A DNA stretch of 64,000 bases, from contig CAXXFL010000001.1 in the NCBI GenBank assembly GCA_963674965.2, positions 1,184,001 to 1,248,000 of the forward strand, read 5' to 3'. The translations under genes and the position numbers were made by a program. The DNA comes from a bacterium (GTDB lineage: Bacteria > RBG-13-61-14 > DATKZS01). The notes beneath the pieces are model-generated. The model saw only the letters and a program-made list of their open reading frames with translations. It was not told the origin of the DNA and searched no databases. This document shows, piece by piece, positions 19,957-28,238 of the stretch (the stretch's first letter is position 1; the number at the start of each line of letters is the position of its first letter).

Positions 19957-20763
19957 CTAATGGGCCATGAGTTTTATAAGGCTATCCATAACCTTGGGCA
20001 TGGCCTCGCCAGACGGCTCCTTGATGTATACGTCGGTGATGCCGGCGTAGCTGTTTTCGGAAGGATTAATCTCTATTAACCTGGCCCCCTCCTGCTTGGC
20101 TTGATGAGGAAGAGCGGCCGCCGGGTATACCGCTCCCGAGGTGCCCAATACCAGCATCAGGTCGCAGCGGGAAGCGGCGTCATAGGACTCCTCCAGGCGC
20201 TGGACCGCCTCGCCGAACATGACCACGTCCGGACGGGTGAGGCCCCCGCAGGAACAGCGGGGCATGATCTCGATCACGCGCTGGAGACTGAAGTTGTCCC
20301 GGTCCTCCAAAACGTCCCGGGCCCCATTTAAAAACTCGTCTTTATTAAGCGAGCGGCGCTGGTTGCAACTTACGCAGCGGCTCCTGAAAAGGTTGCCGTG
20401 GACCTCGAGCACGTTAACGTTGCCCGCGTCTTCATGGAGGTTGTCTATGTTCTGAGTAATAACCGCGAAAAGCTTTTTCATCCCCTCCAGCTCGGCCAGG
20501 GCCCTGTGAGCGCCGTTTATTTTCGCTTTCTGAAAGGTATCCACCGAGTTAAGAAGGAATTCGCGGAGGACCTCGGGACGCCGCTGCATGACCGACATTA
20601 TTCCCTGCGCCGTGCCGAACTCCTCCGGGTCGAACTGGTCCCAGATGCCGCCGGGGTCCCTGAACGTGGGGATGCCGCTCTCGGCCGATATGCCCGCGCC
20701 CGTAAAGGCGGCGACGTCATTCGCCTCTTTGATCAGCAGCGCGGCTTGCTCGTAAACGTTCAT
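19957..20763 (-). CDS. cobB: NAD-dependent protein deacylase (sirtuin, Sir2 family)
   Basis: FTGAGISAESGIPTFR, ITQNIDNLH, EVHGN, CxxC..CxCGG, RPDVVMFGE, GTSGAVYPAA. Confidence 0.93.
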   Translation of the reverse strand: MNVYEQAALLIKEANDVAAFTGAGISAESGIPTFRDPGGIWDQFDPEEFGTAQGIMSVMQRRPEVLREFLLNSVDTFQKAKINGAHRALAELEGMKKLFAVITQNIDNLHEDAGNVNVLEVHGNLFRSRCVSCNQRRSLNKDEFLNGARDVLEDRDNFSLQRVIEIMPRCSCGGLTRPDVVMFGEAVQRLEESYDAASRCDLMLVLGTSGAVYPAAALPHQAKQEGARLIEINPSENSYAGITDVYIKEPSGEAMPKVMDSLIKLMAH

Positions 20764-20987
20764 GGTCGGGGCCCCCTTGAATCTTATTTTAAACTAATGT
20801 GGAAAATTTATTATAGACCAGCTTACTATAAAGATAAATTCATTCCACCGTCAGGACAAGCAAGGCTGCATTAGAAAATATCATTAGTGGCCGTTAAGTC
20901 AAGACGAAAAAATAAATAGGGTCTTCCCCCATTTTTTAAAACTTGAGATGTACGGCTCGTGGCAGTCTGCAAAAAAAATCGACGGCC

Positions 20988-21205
20988 AAGCCCGAAGGGC
21001 TTTAACATGAATAGCCGCAGGCGCCAGCCTACGGGAGACGTGGCCTAAAAATTTTTCCCCGCCCCTGAAGGGGGCGAACCTTGCCGGGCGTCGGCAATCC
21101 TGGTCGCCGCGGGTCCGGCCCGTTCAGGGCCGAAGAATATCCTGCCAAATCCTTACCGTAGGCCAAGGCCTACGGCTACTCGAATTTCCCCCCTACCGGG
21201 GGGAG
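20988..21205. repeat. nested palindromic REP/REPIN-like intergenic element
   Basis: TAGCCGCAGGCGCCAGCCTACGG (21012-21034) is inverted to CCGTAGGCCAAGGCCTACGGCTA (21156-21178); GCCCCTGAAGGGGGCGAACC (21061-21080) inverted to GGTCCGGCCCGTTCAGGGCC (21112-21131); flanking GCCC-GAA-GGGC and CCCCCC-TACC-GGGGGG hairpins. Confidence 0.7.
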
Positions 21206-21369
21206 GCGGCCGAGTCCTTTTCAGAGGCGTCGACGACTGGACGCTCGAGGAGGCGACGGTTGATTTTCACTTCGAGCGGAGGACAACTTGTCTGATGAAA
21301 AACGAAGCCACGAGTGAAACGGTCAAAATTGTGGGAAGTTACGTAAAACAAAAAGGTCCCGCCCGACTG

Positions 21370-24237
21370 TCAGGTAGGGGAAACGGGTTTTTCGAAAAGA
21401 GCCCTTCTTGCCGGGCCGGCCCCGATAAAGAAAGCCAGTGAAACAAGCCCGGCAATGGCCGCCCAAAGTCCCATCCGGAAGGACCAGGGCTCATAGGAGA
21501 ACTCGACCTTTTGCTTGCCCTCCTTCAAGGTGACGGCCCTGAGGAGGAAGTACGCCCTGGCCACGCGCTTTTCCGCCCCCTTAAGGCGGGCCTTCCAGCC
21601 CGGGTAGCAAAGGTCGGACAAAACCAGCCAGCCGGGCCGCCACATGTCGGCCTCCACCGTCACCCGGTTCGAGCCGTGCTCGATGGACTCGACGACCCCC
21701 GGCGGCCCTTCCCCGCCGCTCGAGTATACGTTGCCCTCGCTTTGCTCGTCGCCCAGGGAAAGGATCACTCTTTTGCGGGGGTCGGTCATGCCCGAGACAA
21801 GCTCGGCCAGGGCGTCGGACTCGGAAAGGATAATCGCCTCGCCCACCGGGAAGGCGCGGGGCATGGCCTTGGGATCGCGGTAAAGCCAGGTCTCGCCCCT
21901 TACCAGTTCCTCCCAGGGGGCCGAGCCGATCGAGCGGCCTGGCTCGAGCCTGAAGTCGGCCCACCCGACCTGGTCGTAGGCCGGGCTCGAGGCCGGCAGG
22001 GACGAAAGGGTAAGGCCGGTCTTTCCCTCCGTGCCGACCGCAAGGACCGTCTCGACGGTCAGCGGCCCTTTATCTCCCGGATGAAAGCCGGGATGAATAT
22101 GCCGGGCGTATATCATCCCGTCGGAAAAGGCCATGAGCCAGGCCCCGTCCTCCTCCAGCGGAGCGGCCGGGGCCATGGCGGCGGGACCCAGGCGAAGGAA
22201 ATAGTCCTCCTCCTCCCCGGACTCCTCGCCGGCCGCGGGGGTCCAGTCGATACGAGACGGCGGATGCTGGAGAAGAGATGGCGCGGTCCCCTCCAGCACG
22301 GGAAGCCTGGCGGGACCCACGTGCCCGGGACCGGGCGAGAGAATCTCGGAGTTCGCGAGAAGGGACGAGATGGACCGGTTATATGGAAGGGGTCCGTCCA
22401 TCAGCGCGTAGCTTACGTTGAAAAGCTCGAGCAGGCGGTGGCCGAGCCGGTCCGGCGCCGGCTGAAGATACCCCGTTTCCCTGTACCAGTAGTCGCCCGC
22501 CTCGGCGCGGCCGTGTCCGTTAATGGCGTTTATGGCCCGAACCAGCCGCCGGTCGTTAACGCCGTCCATGACGCGAAGGTCGGCGATCGAGTAAAGGATG
22601 TTCACGTTGGGCGGCGAGATATCCTGGCTGATATAGACGCGGTCCAGGACTGGGTTCCGCTCGAGCCAGTCCAGGGCCCCGCCCGCCTCGAGGCGGGACT
22701 CGTAGTCGGGGTCACGGGGCGGCTGCTGGTACGAGTCCGCGGCCAGGCAGAACATGGACCCGGCCAAGGCCGCCGCCGAGGCCGACATGGCCAGGAGTTT
22801 CCTTTCCCGTCCCTGGACCCGGTTCATGGCAAACCAGGTGAGAAAAGCTCCCAGGGCCAGGGTGACGAGAAACATCGAAACGGAGTAAGCGTTAAGGAAG
22901 CGCGGACCGCCGGGAAGAGGCTCATGAAAAATGACCATGATGAAAATGGCGGATAAGAAAACCATGAGCACGTTCGAGACCAGGGTCGCGTTGGCCTTGC
23001 CGCCGGTTATAAAGGAAAGACCGCGTCCGGCCAGGATGGCCGCGCAAAGGGCCAGCCCGGGATGGGGGTGCTTGAAGTTTCCCGAAAGGTTGAAGACCGG
23101 CAGATAACCGATGAGCCGGAACAGGGGAAGACCGAACATGACCCCCCCGAAGAAAAGGGAGAACGCGATCATGCCGATCTCGATCCGGCTCAGCCGCCTG
23201 ATTTTGGAGGCGCCCACCAGGGCCAGGAAAAGGGGGACCATCCCGAAGGCCGGCGCCAGCCAGGGCAGGTTGGTCGAGTTGTAAGGAGGGACGCCCGAGG
23301 CCTCAGCGGCCCAGGTTATGCTGGGCGGATCGAGAAAAGCCGCGCCCGCCGGCGCCCGCCCGAAAAACCAGGGAGATGCCAGGCTGATCCAACGCCTGGC
23401 CGAGTAATGGAAAAAGCCCGCTCCCGGCACGTGGAAGTGATAGCCCCGAAACCAGTACTCGAGAAAGGGCAGGATCATGGGAAGGCAAATCAGGAACCCG
23501 GACGCGAAGGCCAGCGAGAAAAGCATGGGCGCGGAAAGGACGCCCTTTTTCCTTATGCAAAAGAAGGCCGTAAAGGCTGGAAAAAGAAGCGTGTAAAAGG
23601 CGGCCTCGGGATGTCCGTTGTTTATCACCGCGAAGACGAGGGCGGCAAGGACCGCGAAGTCGAGCGCCTTCCGCCTTTGCGCCAGCCTTAGCGTGAAAAG
23701 CATTAGCCCGGGCAAAAGGACGTCGGCGTTAAGATAGTTCTCGTTCACGAACATCTTCATGTAGCCGGTAAAGGCGAAGACCTGCGAGGCCAGAAGTGAC
23801 GGGGCGAGGGAAAGGCACAGCCTCCTGGCGAGAAAATGCGTGAAGAGGGCGGCGAGAAGGAGCCTGATCACGATCGTTAGGTCGCGGGTGAAGAGGTTGT
23901 CGGAGGCGTACACGATAAACTTGAGAGGGTAGAAGACCCCCGAGAGCATGTTGCCTAAAAGGGGAGTGCCCAGGGCGTTGTAAGGGTTCCACAGCGGGAA
24001 GAAGCCTTCGGCCAAGTCGCGCTCGATCTGGCGGTCGAAGGCGTACTGGCCCATTAAATAGTACTGCTCCTGGACGGCGCCCCGGAATATGCTTTTGCCC
24101 GAGAGCCAGGAACCGCCGTAAAGCAAAAAGACCATGACCAGGGCCAATAGGCTTACGGCCGCCGCCTCGAGCAGGAAGCGGCGATGGGTCGGGGAAGACG
24201 AGCGGGTCTCCCCTTCCGCGCCGGCTTGTTCGGTCAT
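21370..24237 (-). CDS. YfhO family membrane protein (GT-C glycosyltransferase-like)
   Basis: PLWNPY..LGTPLLGN..SGVFYP N-terminal motif; GHPE; C-terminal PRAF, GWLVLSD..YPGWKA, LRAV.L..GK..VEFSYEP. Confidence 0.85.
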   Translation of the reverse strand: MTEQAGAEGETRSSSPTHRRFLLEAAAVSLLALVMVFLLYGGSWLSGKSIFRGAVQEQYYLMGQYAFDRQIERDLAEGFFPLWNPYNALGTPLLGNMLSGVFYPLKFIVYASDNLFTRDLTIVIRLLLAALFTHFLARRLCLSLAPSLLASQVFAFTGYMKMFVNENYLNADVLLPGLMLFTLRLAQRRKALDFAVLAALVFAVINNGHPEAAFYTLLFPAFTAFFCIRKKGVLSAPMLFSLAFASGFLICLPMILPFLEYWFRGYHFHVPGAGFFHYSARRWISLASPWFFGRAPAGAAFLDPPSITWAAEASGVPPYNSTNLPWLAPAFGMVPLFLALVGASKIRRLSRIEIGMIAFSLFFGGVMFGLPLFRLIGYLPVFNLSGNFKHPHPGLALCAAILAGRGLSFITGGKANATLVSNVLMVFLSAIFIMVIFHEPLPGGPRFLNAYSVSMFLVTLALGAFLTWFAMNRVQGRERKLLAMSASAAALAGSMFCLAADSYQQPPRDPDYESRLEAGGALDWLERNPVLDRVYISQDISPPNVNILYSIADLRVMDGVNDRRLVRAINAINGHGRAEAGDYWYRETGYLQPAPDRLGHRLLELFNVSYALMDGPLPYNRSISSLLANSEILSPGPGHVGPARLPVLEGTAPSLLQHPPSRIDWTPAAGEESGEEEDYFLRLGPAAMAPAAPLEEDGAWLMAFSDGMIYARHIHPGFHPGDKGPLTVETVLAVGTEGKTGLTLSSLPASSPAYDQVGWADFRLEPGRSIGSAPWEELVRGETWLYRDPKAMPRAFPVGEAIILSESDALAELVSGMTDPRKRVILSLGDEQSEGNVYSSGGEGPPGVVESIEHGSNRVTVEADMWRPGWLVLSDLCYPGWKARLKGAEKRVARAYFLLRAVTLKEGKQKVEFSYEPWSFRMGLWAAIAGLVSLAFFIGAGPARRALFEKPVSPT

Positions 24238-24258
24238 GGCCAGTTCGCGCTCCCTTTT

Positions 24259-24645
24259 CTAGTCCCCGAAGAACTCCTTGTCGGAAAGGTCCGACCAGAG
24301 CGGGCGGCGGGGCGGATGCTCGGGCAGTTCTCCCGGCTCGGGCGGATCGGGCGGGTCCTGTTTCCTGGCGGGCGGCGTCGGGCGCTTGGCCTTGGGGGGG
24401 TTGGGACCGCCCTTGCCCGTGGGCTCGGAAAACCCCACGCACTTGCCTTCCTTGTCGCGCAGCCAGCCGTCGCCGTACCAGCCCAGGTGCTTTCCGTCCA
24501 GCGCCAGCACGGCCCCCTTCACGATGGCCGCCGCCGGATCGCCCTTCTCGTTGTACACGAACCGCCGGTCCTTGTCCATGAAATAAGAGGCCTTGCCCTT
24601 GCGGTTGTGTATGGCGTGAAATTTCTTTCCCTTCCCGTCTTCCAT
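24259..24645 (-). CDS. 4-fold beta-flower-like small protein with Pro-rich tail
   Basis: repeated Y.x.x.G..  units (YNEKGDPAA, LDGKHLGWY, RDKEGKCVGF) then Pro-rich tail ending WSDLS..EFF; GGAGGAG RBS. Confidence 0.6.
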   Translation of the reverse strand: MEDGKGKKFHAIHNRKGKASYFMDKDRRFVYNEKGDPAAAIVKGAVLALDGKHLGWYGDGWLRDKEGKCVGFSEPTGKGGPNPPKAKRPTPPARKQDPPDPPEPGELPEHPPRRPLWSDLSDKEFFGD

Positions 24646-24767
24646 CTTCTCCTCCGTTCTCTTTCGTCAGTACCGCCGGCCGGGACCAAGCCCCGCCCAC
24701 GCGACTACAGGATAATCTTTTTCCGTCCCCGGCGCAAAGGGGACAAGGATATGTGGTTGCCACTTTC

Positions 24768-24795
24768 TTGACCAGCTATTCTCAGATGATATTAT
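24768..24795 (+). promoter_or_regulatory. sigma70-type promoter for ATPase/DUF4276 pair
   Basis: TTGACC (24768-24773), 16 nt, extended -10 TGaTATTAT (24787-24795). Confidence 0.45.
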
Positions 24796-24877
24796 GTTGC
24801 TGGATTGAGGCGATATAACCAGATTAAAGCTTCAATTCTATCTCGCGAGTAATTCATTTGAATTCGGAGATTTTATT

Positions 24878-26035
24878 ATGTATATCACGAAAGTCGGTTT
24901 GAGGAATTGGCGCAATTTCAAAAATGTGGATGTGTCTTTTTCAAGCGCGACCACCTATATGATGGGTCCCAACGCCTCGGGGAAGTCCAATTTTCTTGAC
25001 GTTTTCAGATTTATACGAGACGTGGTGGACCCTAAGGGCGGGGGCCTTCAAAAGGCCGTCGAGTCAAGAGGAGGCATGAAGAAGCTTCGTTCCGTCTATG
25101 CAAGGCAAAAACCCACGATCGATATTGAAATCGAATTGAACGATTCTCTTGCTTTCAATGGAGATTCTCACCAATGGGTCTATCAGCTTTCCATTCAAAC
25201 GGAAAAAGGCGGGAAAAACAGGCCGGTGGTAAAGTCTGAGCGCGTAATAAAACAGGGGGTAACTATCGTTGATCGTCCGCAACCCGATGACGAATCCGAT
25301 CCGGAAAGGCTGACTCAGACTTTTATCGAGCAGATCAACATGAATAAAGATTTCCGGGAAGTCTCGGATTTTTTCGCGAGGGTAACTTATCTTCATCTTG
25401 TGCCTCAACTTTTAAAATTTGGCGACGGCATGGGAACCCAGCGGCTTAGCAACGATCCGTTCGGCCAGGGATTTTTGGAGCAAATATCCGAGACCAATCA
25501 AAAAACCAGAGACTCAAGACTTAAAAAGATCGAGCAAATTCTGAAAAACGTCATCCCCCATTTCGAGAGTTTGAGATTCGTCAAAGACGACGTGACGGGA
25601 GCGCCGCATATCGAGATGCGCTACGTCCACTGGCGGCCAAACGCCGGCTGGCAGAGGGAGGACCAGTTCTCCGACGGGACTTTGAGGCTTATCGGCATTA
25701 TATGGGTCCTATTGACTTCCAATAATCTGATCCTTCTCGAGGAACCCGAGTTGTCTCTCCATGCAAGGGTGGTTGAGCAGATACCGCAGTTGATCCATAA
25801 AACTCACAAGTCAAGGAAGACCGCGGGCGGACAGATTTTTATCAGTACTCACAGCGAATCGTTGCTGCAAAATAAAAGCATCGGAGGCGACTTCCTCTTA
25901 TTAGTCCCCCATAAAGACAAGGAGGGGACGGATATCAGAAATCCGTCAGACAATGATAATGCGGCCCTTGAAAGCGGCATGTCTGCCGCAGAGATTCTCT
26001 TGCCTCAAACTTCTGAATCTATCGGGTCCGTCTGA
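24878..26035 (+). CDS. AAA_21/ABC-type (RecF/SMC/OLD-like) ATPase
   Basis: LRNWRNF, Walker A GPNASGKS, signature FSDGT, Walker B/D-loop LLEEPELSLH, H-loop STHS. Confidence 0.88.
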   Translation: MYITKVGLRNWRNFKNVDVSFSSATTYMMGPNASGKSNFLDVFRFIRDVVDPKGGGLQKAVESRGGMKKLRSVYARQKPTIDIEIELNDSLAFNGDSHQWVYQLSIQTEKGGKNRPVVKSERVIKQGVTIVDRPQPDDESDPERLTQTFIEQINMNKDFREVSDFFARVTYLHLVPQLLKFGDGMGTQRLSNDPFGQGFLEQISETNQKTRDSRLKKIEQILKNVIPHFESLRFVKDDVTGAPHIEMRYVHWRPNAGWQREDQFSDGTLRLIGIIWVLLTSNNLILLEEPELSLHARVVEQIPQLIHKTHKSRKTAGGQIFISTHSESLLQNKSIGGDFLLLVPHKDKEGTDIRNPSDNDNAALESGMSAAEILLPQTSESIGSV

Positions 26036-26037
26036 TA

Positions 26038-26655
26038 ATGGCCGAAGTCCACGCCTATTCATTCGTCGAGGATTGGCCCTCAGCCGAGGCAATAAAAAAA
26101 ATCGTTAAACATTGTAACGGGTCAAGAAGAAATCCGATCTCTTTAATTCAAGGCTTTCCGAAGGTAATGAACGGCAAATCGAACGTTAAGAAAAAAGCTC
26201 ACGATTTAATTGGAATGTCCCGTAATAGTCTCCACGTTATTTCCCTTGTAGACCTTGACGCCGATGATTGCGCGCCGGAATTGATTCAGGAATGGTTTGA
26301 AAGACCTCCCCAGGATTTGCCCGGCAGGCTGGTTTTCCGCGTTGCCGTTCACGAGGTCGAAAGCTGGATAATGGCCGACAGGATCGCGTTCTCCTCCTTT
26401 CTCGGAATCTCTCCGCAAAATATCGACCAAAATCCGGACGCCCTGACCAATCCTAAAAAGCGCTTGTTCTCGATACTTTGCAAAAAGGGCAAAAAGAAAT
26501 GGCATCGAGACATGCTGCCCCAGGGAAACGCTTCCATCGGACCTCTTTACAATGAAAAACTATGCGATTTCATTGTTTCTAAATGGGACCCTGAGCGAGC
26601 GGCTAAAAACTCTCCCAGCCTCTCGGGCGCCATCGAGGCCGTCAAAAAATTGTAG
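26038..26655 (+). CDS. DUF4276-like (Toprim-like) partner protein
   Basis: FVED, VDLDAD, AVHEVESWIMAD, PD...PK, AAKNSPSL motifs; 2 nt after ATPase stop. Confidence 0.7.
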   Translation: MAEVHAYSFVEDWPSAEAIKKIVKHCNGSRRNPISLIQGFPKVMNGKSNVKKKAHDLIGMSRNSLHVISLVDLDADDCAPELIQEWFERPPQDLPGRLVFRVAVHEVESWIMADRIAFSSFLGISPQNIDQNPDALTNPKKRLFSILCKKGKKKWHRDMLPQGNASIGPLYNEKLCDFIVSKWDPERAAKNSPSLSGAIEAVKKL

Positions 26656-26762
26656 TGACGCGTCCGTCAATTTACGCCTTGCGGCCATGTTCCCTTGCTA
26701 TGATATTTCCACGCGCATGGTCGGTTATTTAACGCCCAAGCTTATTATTCTCCGGACTCGAA

Positions 26763-28082
26763 TCACTCAAGTTCCCCGTCCACTATCCAGTAAGGGCGGG
26801 AGTAGACGTGTCTTTTCGTGTTGATATTTTCCGACCAGGTGATCAGGAACGTATCCTCATTGGCGGCGACGGCCGAGTAATTGATGAACGGACGACCAGG
26901 AGCACTATGACCTCTCATGATAGTCTCGAAAACGATTAGCTCATCGGTGAGAGGCGCGCCTATCGAGTTGAACGCGCGAGCGTAAACGCCATTTATTTCA
27001 ACGGCTTGCTTCGGTTGATTTGGGAGCAGAATGAAATCTGAGTATAGTTTATTCCACGTGACAATAAAATTATTTTTACCGCTGATCGCGACGTCAGGGT
27101 TATAACAGCAAGTGTCATCGACGTTCACTTTGATAATCTCGCTTAAAGGATTCGCTTCTCCGTCATAAATTCGAAAGAAAGAACCTACGTAAAGGGTGCT
27201 CCAGACGATGACAAAATTACCATCGGGGCCGGCGGCCGCGGACACGTAATGGTCACTCCTGTAAGGATCACTTGGATCGGCCTCAAATGCATCGCCAACG
27301 GGATTTCCTGAAGAGTTGAAAAGTCTGGAAATTGCGATCGAATTTGGGAAATCATTTTGGCCCAGCGTGAGCCAGGTAATAATAAATTTATCGTCAGGCA
27401 GCATTGCGATATCCAAAGAATAATCGAAAAACTGTGCTATGTCGATCAACTGGGCATCTCCAAGAGGTATCCCTTTTGAATCGAAACGCTGAAGAAATAA
27501 ATATTTTGGGCACCAGCCCTGAATCCACCACGCAAGGATGATATTGTCGTTACTATCAAGCGCGATTTTTCTCATCAGCACGTCTCCGTAGTTGGCGCGC
27601 AGACGTACCGGCCTTTCCGGCGGCTTTTTATCGTGGTGATAGATTTACGCGTAAATCAGGCCGTCCTCCTCCCAGGCCGCGACGACGTTGCCGTTAAAGC
27701 TGGAGCCGAGGCAGATGGGGATGACGTCGTTGGTTCGAGTCGAGGGATTATAGGCGCCTCCCAGGGGCTCTCCATTCGGGCCCAGGTGCCTTATATAAGC
27801 CAACTCCTCGGGCTAGCTGCTTTCATGGGATTTCCATAATACGGTGAAATTCCCGTCGCCGTCGGAGGCGACCTGAGAATCGTAGGCCGCCGCCAGGCGG
27901 CTCTGGTCGTCTTTGTATTTACGACCCGCCCGGACGACTGACCCGGCCACGAGTTCTTCACCCGCGTCATGAGTGAAGCCGCCGCCCCCTTCCTCCAGCA
28001 GGTCGTTGCAACCCATGACGGCCAGGGCCAAAAGAAGGAAAAATACGGCCGGCGGTTTCTTGTAATGAATCGTCCTTTTCAT
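26763..28082 (-). pseudogene. lipoprotein with beta-propeller-like repeats interrupted by two in-frame stops
   Basis: ORFs 27813-28082 and 26763-27581 are in the same frame; between them the frame reads SS*PEELAYIRHLGPNGEPLGG...VVAAWEEDGLIYA*IYHHD...DVLMRK (TAG 27813-27815, TAA 27645-27647); lipobox LAVMGC; repeats DGNFTVLW/DGNFVIVW/NNFIVTW/DTFLITW. Confidence 0.8.
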
Positions 28083-28238
28083 CTTAGTGCCTCCTTAATT
28101 TGGACTTAGCCTTGAACTCCCGCGCAGTATACCAGTTCGGCACGATAATTGACAAATCCGGCCGCCGTCGTGGACAAGCTGAAGAAAAAGTGTATAATAA
28201 ACGGCGCGTGATCAGGGTCTTACCTTGAACAAGGTTGG

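Noticed and set aside
20988-21205. CRISPR array or tRNA in the palindromic intergenic region
   Set aside because: Repeats are inverted rather than direct with spacers; no cloverleaf or T-loop consensus
21511-22956. 481-aa + strand ORF and similar long antisense ORFs over the RND, hisC, pheA and radical SAM genes
   Set aside because: Overlap recognised genes on the opposite strand; composition reflects reverse-complement codons
27813-27815. Pyrrolysine or genetic-code reassignment at the in-frame TAG
   Set aside because: A second stop (TAA) interrupts the same frame, no pyl genes are visible, and TAG/TAA end many normal genes in the window
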